The notes beneath the pieces were generated by a model. It had not been told where the DNA came from. It searched no databases and was given only the letters and a program-made list of their open reading frames with translations. From assembly GCF_000014785.1 (NCBI RefSeq), contig NC_008340.1, forward strand, positions 2,580,001-2,612,000: DNA of 32,000 bases, read 5' to 3'. The position numbers and the translations under genes were made by a program. Positions 9,696 to 18,753 of this stretch are shown here, piece after piece. The stretch comes from Alkalilimnicola ehrlichii MLHE-1. GTDB lineage: Bacteria; Pseudomonadota; Gammaproteobacteria; Nitrococcales; Halorhodospiraceae. The stretch's first letter is position 1; every line of letters begins with the position of its first letter.

Positions 9696-11150
9696 CTAGT
9701 CGCGCAGTTTGACGTCCATTTCCTCGCGCAGGCCGGCCATCAGGGCCTGCCATTCGCTCTGGCTGAACACCTGCCGCAGGTCGGCGCGCCAATGCTCGCG
9801 CTCTTCATCGCCCAGGTCGGTGTCGCCGTCGGTGACGGCCACCACCTGCACCACGGCATAGTCGCCGCCCTGCACGCTGGTCCCGCCAACGCTGGGCTGG
9901 CCGTCCACCGGCCGTGGCAGCCGGAAGGCCCGGTCCACCACCTGGGTGGGTACGGCATCGCTCAGGGTGCCGCGGTCCAGGCCCTCGGCGCTGCGCACCT
10001 CCAGGCCCTCTCGCTCGGCCAGTTCCGCCATCTCGGCGCCGGCGGCGATCTCCCGCTCCAGCAGCTCGCCCAGGTTGCGGGCCTGCAGGCGGCCCTGCTC
10101 GCGGGCGAGTTCGCGGCGAATCTCATCGGCCACCTCATCCAGCCCCAGCGGCTCGGCCTCGCGGACATCGTCCACCCGCAGCAGCAAGGCATGGCCGGAG
10201 CCGAGCTCGATCAGCTCGCTGTTGTACCCGAACTCCAGCACATCGTCACTGAAGGCGGCCTCCACCACCTCCGGCCGGCCCCACAGGCCCTCGGCGCTGC
10301 CGTCCTCCGGCACCCAGTCACTGTAGCTCAGCTCGACGCCCAGCAGGTCGGCCGCCGACTGCAGGCTGTCCGGGTCCTCGTAGGCCACGTTCGCGGCGTC
10401 CTCGGTGAGCTCGAAAAAGCGGGTGCTGTCATCGGGGGCCAGCTCGTCCTGGTGCAGCTCGATGTACTCCAGGCGCACCTGGCGCGGTGCCGTATAGCGC
10501 TCGGCGTTCTCCTCATAGTGAGCCTGAACGGCCGCATCGGAGACCGCGTCCGGAGCCTCGTCCGCCGACACTACCAGGTAGTGGATATCGCGCTGTTGGC
10601 GGTCCAGGGCCGCGAGGCGCGCCGTATCCCAGTCACGCACCAGCGCCGAGCCGGTCACCGCCCGCTGGAACTGCTCCACCAGCAGGTCGCGCCGGACCAT
10701 CTCTTCGTACTGATCGGGGGTGAGGCGGTTCGCGCTCAGCAACTGCTGGTAGCGCTCCATGGAAAAGGTGCCGCCCTGGTGGAAGATGTCCTGCTGGCGG
10801 ATCCGCTGGGCCACGGCACGGTCCCCCACCCGCAGGTTGCCGTCGGTGACCAGCACGTGCAGCAGGGCCTCCTCGATAAGGCCGTCCCGGGCCTCCCGGC
10901 GTAGCGTGCTCTCATCGACACCGGCGGCACCCAGGTCGCCGAAGAACTCCTCCAGCTGCCGTTGCTGCTGACGGGCGCGCTCGGCCACCTGCTCGCGCGT
11001 GATCTCAACGCCCTCGACCTCGGCCACCACGCGACCGTCATCGCCGGCGAAGTAACTGTAACCGCCCACCACGATGAAGGGCAGGCTGATGACGATGACC
11101 ACGGCCCAGGCCACCCAGCCTTTGACCGCCGAACGAATCGCTTCAAGCAT
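9696..11150 (-). CDS. ppiD: PpiD-like periplasmic chaperone (SurA N-terminal-domain protein)
   Basis: N-terminal membrane anchor MLEAIRSAVKGWVAWAVVIVISLPFIVVGGYSYF. The position downstream of hupB and the tRNAs is the canonical ppiD position. At 484 aa it is shorter than E. coli PpiD. Confidence 0.75.
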   Translation of the reverse strand: MLEAIRSAVKGWVAWAVVIVISLPFIVVGGYSYFAGDDGRVVAEVEGVEITREQVAERARQQQRQLEEFFGDLGAAGVDESTLRREARDGLIEEALLHVLVTDGNLRVGDRAVAQRIRQQDIFHQGGTFSMERYQQLLSANRLTPDQYEEMVRRDLLVEQFQRAVTGSALVRDWDTARLAALDRQQRDIHYLVVSADEAPDAVSDAAVQAHYEENAERYTAPRQVRLEYIELHQDELAPDDSTRFFELTEDAANVAYEDPDSLQSAADLLGVELSYSDWVPEDGSAEGLWGRPEVVEAAFSDDVLEFGYNSELIELGSGHALLLRVDDVREAEPLGLDEVADEIRRELAREQGRLQARNLGELLEREIAAGAEMAELAEREGLEVRSAEGLDRGTLSDAVPTQVVDRAFRLPRPVDGQPSVGGTSVQGGDYAVVQVVAVTDGDTDLGDEEREHWRADLRQVFSQSEWQALMAGLREEMDVKLRD

Positions 11151-11235
11151 TGGACGCCATCCTGAAGAAAACCTGGGGTTGCGTATATGGACCCGCCGGG
11201 CGCACCGTTCGTTCCGGTGCGGGGCCCAGACACGA

Positions 11236-11260
11236 AAAAGGCGCCACGTGGGCGCCTTCT
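11236..11260 (-). terminator. Rho-independent terminator after tRNA-Asp
   Basis: The minus strand reads AAGGCGCC-cacg-TGGCGCCTT followed by TTTCGTG. Confidence 0.6.
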
Positions 11261-11269
11261 TCTCGGTGT

Positions 11270-11346
11270 TGGCGGAGCGGACGGGACTCGAACCCGCGAC
11301 CTCCGGCGTGACAGGCCGGCATTCTAACCAACTGAACTACCGCTCC
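11270..11346 (-). tRNA. tRNA-Asp (anticodon GTC)
   Basis: The reverse complement is GGAGCGGTAGTTCAGTTGGTTAGAATGCCGGCCTGTCACGCCGGAGGTCGCGGGTTCGAGTCCCGTCCGCTCCGCCA. This is near-identical to E. coli tRNA-Asp as I recall it, with anticodon loop CTGTCAC. Confidence 0.95.
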
Positions 11347-11359
11347 GGATTGTAACCCT

Positions 11360-11435
11360 TGGTGGGTGGTGAGGGGATCGAACCCCCGACATTCGCCTTG
11401 TAAGGGCGACGCTCTCCCAGCTGAGCTAACCACCC
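11360..11435 (-). tRNA. tRNA-Val (anticodon TAC)
   Basis: The reverse complement is GGGTGGTTAGCTCAGCTGGGAGAGCGTCGCCCTTACAAGGCGAATGTCGGGGGTTCGATCCCCTCACCACCCACCA. The cloverleaf folds by hand, with anticodon loop CTTACAA. Confidence 0.95.
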
Positions 11436-11449
11436 CGAACTGGCGGCGC

Positions 11450-11722
11450 TTAGTTTACTGCATCCTTCAGCGCTTTGCCAGCCTTGAAACTGGGAACCTT
11501 GGAAGCCGCGATGTTGATCGTCTCCCCGGTGCGGGGGTTACGACCGGTGCGGGCGGCGCGCTCGCGAACCTGGAAGGTTCCGAACCCGACCAGGGTGACC
11601 TGGTCCCCTTCCTTGAGGGCGTTGGTGACACACTCGACCATCGAATCCACCGCCCTCGAGGCCGCAGCCTTGGAGATGTCGGCGGATTGAGCCACGGCTT
11701 CGATCAGTTCCGACTTGTTCAT
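11450..11722 (-). CDS. hupB: DNA-binding protein HU-beta
   Basis: [90 protein letters not shown] is a full-length HU. Confidence 0.95.
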   Translation of the reverse strand: MNKSELIEAVAQSADISKAAASRAVDSMVECVTNALKEGDQVTLVGFGTFQVRERAARTGRNPRTGETINIAASKVPSFKAGKALKDAVN

Positions 11723-11860
11723 TACGCGCTTCCTCTTGGATTCTGTTTCGACGGACAGCCAGCCTGAACCCGTCTGCCCCTCTGGGTGCCCCTATCAGGC
11801 CTCAAAACCCTGCCGCGGGAAGCGAGGTGCTGATTGTACCGGAGCTTCTGGCTTTTGCAA

Positions 11861-11887
11861 CCCCGCCGCCGGGGCGGGGCTTTTTGT
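11861..11887. terminator. Hairpin plus T-run in the lon-hupB spacer (canonical in + orientation; A-run/hairpin on the lon strand)
   Basis: CCCCGCC-gccgg-GGCGGGG followed by CTTTTTGTT on the + strand. It lies about 110 nt downstream of the lon stop, and lon is on the minus strand. Confidence 0.4.
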
Positions 11888-11989
11888 TATCGCAGGGCGC
11901 GGAGCGCGCTGCCCCGCGAGTGCGTGCGACGAGTTATAGCAAGGCGCTCTCCGGCGTGTCAACAAAGCAACACGCCGGGAAAACCGTGC

Positions 11990-14440
11990 TCAGTGGGCCC
12001 GCGCGCCTTCGCCGCGCCCCTTGTTCTTGGCTGGCTTCGCGCTGGCCTCGGCGGGTTGTTGCGGCCCCGGCTCGGGGTGTCGCAAAAGTGCAACATCGAG
12101 CACTTCGTCAATCCAGCGCACCGGAATAATCTTCAGCCGGCTCTTGATATTCTTCGGTATCTCCTGAAGATCCTTGCGGTTTTCCTCGGGAATCAGCACC
12201 GTCTTGATGCCCCCGCGCAGGGCCGCCAGCAGCTTCTCCTTGAGCCCGCCGATGGGCAGCACCTCGCCGCGCAGGGTGATCTCACCGGTCATGGCGACGC
12301 TGGCCTTCACCGGGATACCGGTCAGTGCGGAGACCAGGGCGGTGCACATCCCGATACCCGCAGAGGGGCCATCCTTGGGGATGGCGCCTTCGGGGACGTG
12401 GATGTGGATGTCCTTGTTCTGGTGGAACTCCGGATCAAGCCCCAGGCGGTCGGCGCGGCTGCGCACCACCGTGGTGGCGGCCTGAATGGACTCCTTCATT
12501 ACATCGCCCAACTGGCCGGTGTGGGTCACCTTGCCCTTACCCGGCACCACGGCCGACTCGATGGTGAGCAGCTCGCCCCCCACCTCGGTCCAGGCCAGGC
12601 CGGTCACCTGCCCCACCTGGTCGTTTTCCTCCGCCACGCCGTAGCGGAAGCGACGCACGCCCAGGTACTTGTCCAGGTTGCGGGCAGAGACCACCACCTT
12701 GCCGTCGGCGTCCCGGCTGGTCTTGCTGTCCGGGCTGACCAGGTCCTTAACCACCTTGCGGCAGATCTTGGCCAGCTCCCGCTCCAGGTTCCGCACCCCC
12801 GCCTCGCGGGTGTAGTAACGGATGATGTCGCGGATGGCGGTCTGCTTGACTTCCAGTTCCGACTTGCGGATGCCGTTGGCCTTCATCTGCTTGGCCAGCA
12901 GGTAGCGCTCGGCGATGTTGATCTTCTCGTCCTCCGTGTACCCCGGTAGCCGGATGACCTCCATGCGGTCGAGCAGCGGCGCCGGGATGTTCATGGTGTT
13001 GGCAGTGGCCACGAACATCACGTCAGAGAGGTCGAACTCCACCTCCAGGTAGTGATCGGCGAAGGTGCTGTTCTGCTCCGGGTCCAGGACCTCGAGTAGC
13101 GCCGAGGCCGGGTCGCCACGGAAATCCATGGCCATCTTGTCGATCTCGTCGAGCAGGAACAGCGGGTTGCGGGTCCCCACCTTGGCCAGGTTCTGGACGA
13201 TCTTGCCCGGCAGCGAGCCGATGTAGGTCCGCCGGTGGCCCCGGATCTCCGCCTCGTCACGGACGCCGCCCAGCGACATGCGGGTGAACTTCCGGTTGGT
13301 CGCCCGGGCGATGGACTGCCCCAGCGAGGTCTTGCCCACGCCGGGCGGGCCGACCAGGCAGAGGATCGGCCCCTTCACCTTGCGCACCCGCTGCTGTACG
13401 GCGAGGTACTCCAGGATCCGCTCCTTGACCTTCTCCAGGCCGTAGTGATCGGCATCCAGCACCTCTTCGGCGTGTTTGAGATCCTTGCGGACCCGGCTGC
13501 GCTTCTTCCAGGGCACGTCCACCAGCCAGTCCAGGTAGTTGCGCACCACCGTCGCCTCGGCGGACATGGGCGACATCATCTTCAGCTTGTTCAGCTCGGC
13601 CTTGGCCTTCTCGGCGGCCTCCTTGGGCATGCCCGATTCCTCGATCTTGCGCTCGAGGTCCTCGGTCTCGTTGGGCACGTCCTCCAGCTCACCCAGCTCC
13701 TTCTGGATGGCCTTCATCTGTTCGTTCAGGTAGTACTCGCGCTGGCTCTTCTCCATCTGCTGCTTGACGCGCCCACGGATGCGCTTTTCGATCTGGAGGA
13801 TGTCCAACTCCGCCTCAATCAGCGACATCAGGTGCTCGAGCCGCTCGCGCACGTCCTCGATCTCGAGCACGTGCTGCTTCTCCTCGACCTTCAGCGCCAT
13901 GTGGGCGGCGATGGTGTCGGCCAGCCGGCCGGGCTCCTCGATGTTCTGCAGCGAGGAGAGGATCTCCGGCGGCACCTTCTTGTTGAGCTTGACGTACTGG
14001 TCGAAGTGATTCATCGCCGAGCGCATGAGCACTTCCATCTCGCGGTCGGTGGGGGCCTCCTCCTCGGCCACCACCACCACCTGGGCGGCAAAGTACTGGT
14101 CGCGCTCGACCAGATCGACCAGGCGCGCGCGCTCCACGCCCTCCACCAACACCTTCACGGTCCCATCCGGCAGTTTGAGCATCTGCAGGATGGAGGCCAT
14201 GGTGCCGTAGGCGTAAAGATCTTTCGTGGCCGGCTCGTCCACCTCGGCGCTCTTCTGGGCCACCAGGAAGATCCGCTTGTCCTCCTCCATGGCCGCATCC
14301 AGCGCGGCGATCGACTTTTCACGCCCCACGAACAGAGGGATGACCATGTGGGGGTAGACCACCACGTCGCGCAGCGGCAGCACCGGCGCCTCGGTCATGC
14401 CGGGGGTGCGCACGTTGGCGGTCGGTTCGTTCTCGGCCAT
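11990..14440 (-). CDS. lon: ATP-dependent Lon protease
   Basis: [26 protein letters not shown] near the N-terminus, Walker [16 protein letters not shown], and the catalytic region [21 protein letters not shown]. Confidence 0.97.
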   Translation of the reverse strand: MAENEPTANVRTPGMTEAPVLPLRDVVVYPHMVIPLFVGREKSIAALDAAMEEDKRIFLVAQKSAEVDEPATKDLYAYGTMASILQMLKLPDGTVKVLVEGVERARLVDLVERDQYFAAQVVVVAEEEAPTDREMEVLMRSAMNHFDQYVKLNKKVPPEILSSLQNIEEPGRLADTIAAHMALKVEEKQHVLEIEDVRERLEHLMSLIEAELDILQIEKRIRGRVKQQMEKSQREYYLNEQMKAIQKELGELEDVPNETEDLERKIEESGMPKEAAEKAKAELNKLKMMSPMSAEATVVRNYLDWLVDVPWKKRSRVRKDLKHAEEVLDADHYGLEKVKERILEYLAVQQRVRKVKGPILCLVGPPGVGKTSLGQSIARATNRKFTRMSLGGVRDEAEIRGHRRTYIGSLPGKIVQNLAKVGTRNPLFLLDEIDKMAMDFRGDPASALLEVLDPEQNSTFADHYLEVEFDLSDVMFVATANTMNIPAPLLDRMEVIRLPGYTEDEKINIAERYLLAKQMKANGIRKSELEVKQTAIRDIIRYYTREAGVRNLERELAKICRKVVKDLVSPDSKTSRDADGKVVVSARNLDKYLGVRRFRYGVAEENDQVGQVTGLAWTEVGGELLTIESAVVPGKGKVTHTGQLGDVMKESIQAATTVVRSRADRLGLDPEFHQNKDIHIHVPEGAIPKDGPSAGIGMCTALVSALTGIPVKASVAMTGEITLRGEVLPIGGLKEKLLAALRGGIKTVLIPEENRKDLQEIPKNIKSRLKIIPVRWIDEVLDVALLRHPEPGPQQPAEASAKPAKNKGRGEGARAH

Positions 14441-14506
14441 AGGGTTACCTCAATTGGGAAAGCGGTCCTGCCGGGGCACCATTGGCGCCGGCCTGTCATG
14501 CGTGAG

Positions 14507-14535
14507 ACGTGGGGGCGGCGTTGGCGGTTTTCAAG
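14507..14535 (-). promoter_or_regulatory. Sigma32-like heat-shock promoter for lon
   Basis: The minus strand reads CTTGAAA (14535-14529), a 13-nt spacer, then CCCCCACGT (14515-14507). The E. coli consensus is CTTGAAA-N13-17-CCCCATNT. It lies between lon and repeat array B. Confidence 0.45.
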
Positions 14536-14557
14536 GCCCGGGTGGTGCTGGGGGGCG

Positions 14558-15012
14558 GGTGGATCGCCGCGTCGCTGCGCTCCTCGCGATGACGGGGAGA
14601 AACCCTCCGGCCCGCGCGATGACGGGGTGGTGGGCCCCCACCGTCACTGCGAGGAGTGGCCCCCAACCGTCACTGCGAGGAGTGGCCCCCAACCGTCACT
14701 GCGAGGAGCGAAGCGACGTGGCAGTCTACCCCTCTGGATCGCCACGGGCCGTCGGCCCTCGCGATGACGGGGGTGGTGCCCCCTGCCCCCGTCACTGCGA
14801 GCCCCGAAGGGGCGTGGCAGTCCATGCCGGGGTGTGGATCGCCGCGTCGCTTCGCTCCTCGCGATGACGGGGAGAAACCCTCCGGCCCGCGCGATGACGG
14901 GGTGATGGGCCCCCACCGTCACTGCGAGGAGGCGAAGCCGACGTGGCAGTCTACCCCTCTGGATCGCCACGGGCCTTCGGCCCTCGCGATGACGGGGGTG
15001 GTGCCCCGCGAT
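14558..15012 (+). repeat. Repeat array B of the hairpin family (clpX-lon spacer)
   Basis: Tail-only modules at 14558-14630. Heads at 14643/14669/14695 (26-bp period, filler GAGTGGCCCCCAACC). Full units run about 14695-14770, 14791-14870 and 14918-14995. Confidence 0.95.
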
Positions 15013-15033
15013 GCCGGCGTCTGCCCCCACCGG

Positions 15034-16311
15034 TCAGTCGGAGGAAGCCGCCCGCGACTGCTCCTGATTGCCGTAGATGATGTAGGGCCGCGTCTCGCCG
15101 CGGATCACGGCGTCGTCCACCACCACCTTTTCAACGTTCTCCATGGAGGGCAGATCGTACATGGTGTCCAGCAGCACGTGCTCGAGGATGGTGCGCAGGC
15201 CGCGGGCACCGGTCTTGCGGTCCATGGCCTTGCGGGCCACGGCGCGCAGGGCGTCCTCGCGGAACTCCAGCTCCACACCCTCCATCTCGAACAGCTTCTG
15301 GTACTGCTTGACCAGGGCGTTCTTGGGCGCGGAGAGGATCTCCACCAGGGCCTGCTCGTCCAGCTCCTCCAGGGTGGCGACCACCGGCAGGCGGCCGACA
15401 AACTCCGGGATCAGGCCGTACTTGACCAGATCCTCGGGCTCCACGTCCTGCAGGGTCTCACCCACCGAGCGCTTCTCGTCCTTGGACTTGATCTCGGCGG
15501 AGAAGCCGATACCGCCCTTCTCGGAACGGTCCTGGATGACCTTGTCCAGGCCGGCGAAGGCGCCGCCGCAGATGAACAGGATGCCGCCGGTGTCCACCTG
15601 CAGGAACTCCTGCTGCGGGTGCTTGCGGCCGCCCTGGGGCGGCACCGAGGCCGTGGTGCCCTCGATCAGCTTGAGCAGCGCCTGCTGCACCCCCTCGCCC
15701 GAGACGTCGCGGGTGATGGAGGGGTTGTCCGCCTTGCGCGAGACCTTGTCGATCTCGTCGATGTAGACGATGCCCTGCTGGGCCTTCTCCACATCGTAAT
15801 CGCACTTTTGCAGCAGCTTCTGGATGATGTTCTCCACGTCCTCACCGACGTACCCCGCCTCGGTCAGGGTGGTGGCGTCGGCAATGGTGAAGGGCACGTT
15901 GAGCATGCGCGCCAGCGTCTCGGCCAGCAGCGTCTTGCCCGAGCCGGTGGGGCCGATGAGCAGGATATTGCTCTTGGACAGCTCCACCTCGTCCTTGCGG
16001 CTGCCCGCCTCGAGGCGTTTGTAGTGGTTGTAGACGGCCACCGAGAGCACCTTCTTGGCGTGCTCCTGCCCCACCACGAACTCATCCAGCACCTGGTTGA
16101 TCTCGTGAGGCCGCGGCAGGCCCGCCCCCGCGGAGCTGGACTGCTCCTGCAGCTCCTCGCGGATAATGTCGTTGCAGAGCTCGACGCACTCGTCACACAC
16201 AAACACCGAGGGCCCGGCGATCAGCTTGCGGACCTCGTGCTGGCTCTTCCCGCAGAAAGAACAGTAAAGGAGCTTGCCGCCGTCGTCTCTGCCGTTGTCT
16301 TTGTCGGTCAT
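15034..16311 (-). CDS. clpX: ATP-dependent Clp protease ATP-binding subunit ClpX
   Basis: Zinc-finger [30 protein letters not shown], Walker [16 protein letters not shown], and Walker [11 protein letters not shown]. Confidence 0.97.
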   Translation of the reverse strand: MTDKDNGRDDGGKLLYCSFCGKSQHEVRKLIAGPSVFVCDECVELCNDIIREELQEQSSSAGAGLPRPHEINQVLDEFVVGQEHAKKVLSVAVYNHYKRLEAGSRKDEVELSKSNILLIGPTGSGKTLLAETLARMLNVPFTIADATTLTEAGYVGEDVENIIQKLLQKCDYDVEKAQQGIVYIDEIDKVSRKADNPSITRDVSGEGVQQALLKLIEGTTASVPPQGGRKHPQQEFLQVDTGGILFICGGAFAGLDKVIQDRSEKGGIGFSAEIKSKDEKRSVGETLQDVEPEDLVKYGLIPEFVGRLPVVATLEELDEQALVEILSAPKNALVKQYQKLFEMEGVELEFREDALRAVARKAMDRKTGARGLRTILEHVLLDTMYDLPSMENVEKVVVDDAVIRGETRPYIIYGNQEQSRAASSD

Positions 16312-16477
16312 GACCTGACCTCGCCTCGCGAAATTGGACTTACTTGCAATTAACGATGCCTGTTTTCAAAGTAGCACGCAAGTCAACCACGGCGCGTTGG
16401 TGAGCGCCGCATGAGCGCACCTACAGGCAATATGGAGGATTGCGTAAGGGGGTGCAACGGAAGGGTGGGAGGTCGTC

Positions 16478-16504
16478 GTGCCCCGGGGCCGTCCCCCGGG
16501 GCAC
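16478..16504. other. Perfect 11-bp GC hairpin just downstream of the clpP stop (possible attenuator or processing site before clpX)
   Basis: GTGCCCCGGGG-ccgtc-CCCCGGGGCAC. There is no U-tract on the minus strand. Confidence 0.3.
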
Positions 16505-16513
16505 CCGGCGCGC

Positions 16514-17158
16514 TCAGGCCTGATCCAGCGCCTTGCGGTCGGCCAGCACCGCGTCCACCAGGCCGTACTCACAGGCCGTGTCCGGGCTCATGAAGTTGTC
16601 GCGGTCGGTGTCCCGCGCGATGGTCTCCATGTCCTGACCGGTGTGGTGGGCCATGATGCGATTCAGCCGGTCCCGCATGTCGAGGATCTCCCGGGCGTGG
16701 ATATCCACGTCGGTGGCCTGGCCCTGGAAACCGCCCAGCGGCTGGTGAATCATCATCCGCGAGTTGGGCAGCGCGTAGCGCTTGCCCTTGGTCCCGCCGG
16801 TGAGCAGCAGCGCGCCCATGCTGGCGGCCTGACCAATACACACCGTCGAGACATCCGGCTTGATGAACTGCATGGTGTCGTAGATGGCCAGCCCCGCCGT
16901 CACTGCGCCCCCCGGGCTGTTGATGTAGATGTGGATGTCCTTATCGGGGTTCTCCGACTCCAGGAACAGGAGCTGGGCGACGATCAGGTTGGCCATGTGG
17001 TCCTCCACCGGCCCGACCAGGAAGATCACCCGTTCTTTCAGCAGGCGGGAGTAAATATCGTACGCCCGCTCACCCCGGGCGGACTGCTCCACCACCATCG
17101 GCACCAGGCCGGTGGCCTCGATCTCCGGGGCCAGGCCCTCGCGGCGCTCATCGCTCAT
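16514..17158 (-). CDS. clpP: ATP-dependent Clp protease proteolytic subunit ClpP
   Basis: [67 protein letters not shown] and the catalytic [11 protein letters not shown]. The ATG is only 6 nt after the tig stop. Confidence 0.97.
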   Translation of the reverse strand: MSDERREGLAPEIEATGLVPMVVEQSARGERAYDIYSRLLKERVIFLVGPVEDHMANLIVAQLLFLESENPDKDIHIYINSPGGAVTAGLAIYDTMQFIKPDVSTVCIGQAASMGALLLTGGTKGKRYALPNSRMMIHQPLGGFQGQATDVDIHAREILDMRDRLNRIMAHHTGQDMETIARDTDRDNFMSPDTACEYGLVDAVLADRKALDQA

Positions 17159-17164
17159 ACGGGC

Positions 17165-18517
17165 TTACTCCTTCGTCTCGTCTTGCTTGGACTCGCCCTC
17201 GGCCGACTCGGCCTCGGGCTGCTGCGGGCTCATCAGCTCCTGCAGTGACATGGGCTTGTCCTCGACCTGCGCCTGCTGGACCACGTAGTCGACCACCTGG
17301 TCCTCCAGCACGGCCACCTCCACGCCCTCCATCAGCTGACGATTCTGGGCGTAGTAGCGCAGCACCTCTTCGGGCTGCTCGTAGCCGGCCGCCATCTCCT
17401 GCAGCGACTGCATGACCCGATCGCGGTCGAGCTTGATGTCGTTGCTGCGCACCAACTCGTTGACAATCAGGCCCAGGGCCACCCGGCGGCGGGCGTTCTC
17501 CTCGAACAGGGCGGCCGGCAGGTCGTCGGGCTCCTCCTGGCCGGACTGCTGCTGGCGGGACTGCTCCTGCTGGCGCAGCTGGTCGATCTCGGCATCCACC
17601 AGCACCTTCGGCAGTTCGATATCGGTGATATCGAGAAGCTGGTCCATCACCTGATGCTTGACCCGGCTGGCAACGGTCTGGTCGCGCTCGCGCTCCAGAT
17701 TGGTCTTGATCGCCTCGCGCAGCTTCTCGACCCCGCCCTCCTTGACGCCCACCTTCTCGGCGAAGGCATCGTCGATCTCCGGGTACTCCGGGGCCTCCAC
17801 CGTCTTAACCGTGACCGCGAACTGCCCGGCCTTGCCGGCCACCTCGCTGTCGGGGAACTCCTCCGGGAAGGTGTGCTCGATGGTGGTCTCGTCGCCGGCC
17901 TTGACGCCGGTGAGCCCCTCCTCGAAGGCCGGCGGCATCTGCCCGGCACCCAGCACCACGGGCACGTCGTTGCCCTCGTTGCCGGAGAACTCCTCACCGT
18001 CCACGGTGCCCTTGAAGTCGATGACCACCCGGTCCCCCTCCTGGGAGGCGCGGTCCACCTCGTTGTACTCGGCCTGCTGCTTGCGCAGGCGCTCGAGCAC
18101 CTCATCCACGTCGGCGTCGGTGATCTCCACCTGCGGGCGCTCGACCTTGATCTGGTCCAGGCCGGTGACCTCGAAGCTGGGCAGCACCTCGAAGGTGGCC
18201 TGGTACTCCAGGTCCTTGCCCTCCTCGGTCTGCTTGGGCTCGATCTCGGGGTTACCGGCCGGGCGCAGCTCCTTCTCACGCAGCGCCTCACTGTAGGTGC
18301 TCTGGACCAGCTCGCTCAGCACCTCGCCGCGCACCTGGGGCCCGTAGCGCTTGCGCACCACCTTGAGCGGCACCTTGCCCGGGCGGAAGCCGTCCATGCG
18401 AACGTTGCCGCGAAGCGACCGCAGGCGCTGATCCACCTTCTCCTCGACCTGCTCTGCGGGCACCTGCACGGTCATGCGGCGACCCAGCCCCTCGGTCGTC
18501 TCCACTGAAACTTGCAT
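17165..18517 (-). CDS. tig: Trigger factor
   Basis: MQVSVETTEGLGRRMTVQVPAEQVEEKVDQRLRSLRGNVRMDGFRPGKVP is the canonical trigger-factor N-terminus. The track start at 18631 reads through the tRNA-Leu gene and is rejected. Confidence 0.95.
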   Translation of the reverse strand: MQVSVETTEGLGRRMTVQVPAEQVEEKVDQRLRSLRGNVRMDGFRPGKVPLKVVRKRYGPQVRGEVLSELVQSTYSEALREKELRPAGNPEIEPKQTEEGKDLEYQATFEVLPSFEVTGLDQIKVERPQVEITDADVDEVLERLRKQQAEYNEVDRASQEGDRVVIDFKGTVDGEEFSGNEGNDVPVVLGAGQMPPAFEEGLTGVKAGDETTIEHTFPEEFPDSEVAGKAGQFAVTVKTVEAPEYPEIDDAFAEKVGVKEGGVEKLREAIKTNLERERDQTVASRVKHQVMDQLLDITDIELPKVLVDAEIDQLRQQEQSRQQQSGQEEPDDLPAALFEENARRRVALGLIVNELVRSNDIKLDRDRVMQSLQEMAAGYEQPEEVLRYYAQNRQLMEGVEVAVLEDQVVDYVVQQAQVEDKPMSLQELMSPQQPEAESAEGESKQDETKE

Positions 18518-18587
18518 TGAAAACCCCTTAACCGTCCTGTTCGCGGCGCCGCCGGGCGGCCACCGCCGTGTCTTTGAACTTGATGTG

Positions 18588-18674
18588 TGGTGCGAAAGGG
18601 GAGACTCGAACTCCCACGGGGTCGCCCCCACCAGGACCTAAACCTGGCGCGTCTACCAATTCCGCCACTTTCGC
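18588..18674 (-). tRNA. tRNA-Leu (anticodon TAG)
   Basis: The reverse complement is GCGAAAGTGGCGGAATTGGTAGACGCGCCAGGTTTAGGTCCTGGTGGGGGCGACCCCGTGGGAGTTCGAGTCTCCCCTTTCGCACCA. It has a long variable arm, and the acceptor stem GCGAAAG/CTTTCGC pairs. Confidence 0.9.
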
Positions 18675-18696
18675 GCTTGAATCTTGGTAGCCGGGT

Positions 18697-18702
18697 AGTA
18701 TA
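18697..18702 (-). promoter_or_regulatory. Possible -10 element (TATACT) for the tRNA-Leu/tig transcript
   Basis: TATACT on the minus strand lies about 22 nt upstream of the tRNA 5' end. No convincing -35 element was found. Confidence 0.25.
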
Positions 18703-18753
18703 GCGCCAGCAACGCCGCGGGAAAAACCACCCGCTTTACGACGAGGGAGACGC

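Noticed and set aside
15020-15052. CCCCCACCGGTCAGTCGGAGGAAG overlapping the clpX stop resembles the repeat head CCCCCACCGTCACTGCGAGGAGG. This suggested that array B had overwritten the clpX 3' end.
   Set aside because: The ClpX C-terminus (…[15 protein letters not shown]) matches the length and character of the E. coli ClpX tail as I recall it, so the gene does not look truncated. The match is probably a degenerate terminal module abutting the stop, or chance.
18588-18674. tRNA-Leu as the integration site (attB) for the downstream accessory region.
   Set aside because: No integrase is present. I did not spot a direct repeat of the tRNA 3' end further right. An ordinary DUF218 gene lies between the tRNA and the first accessory gene. 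Island boundaries coincide with repeat arrays instead.
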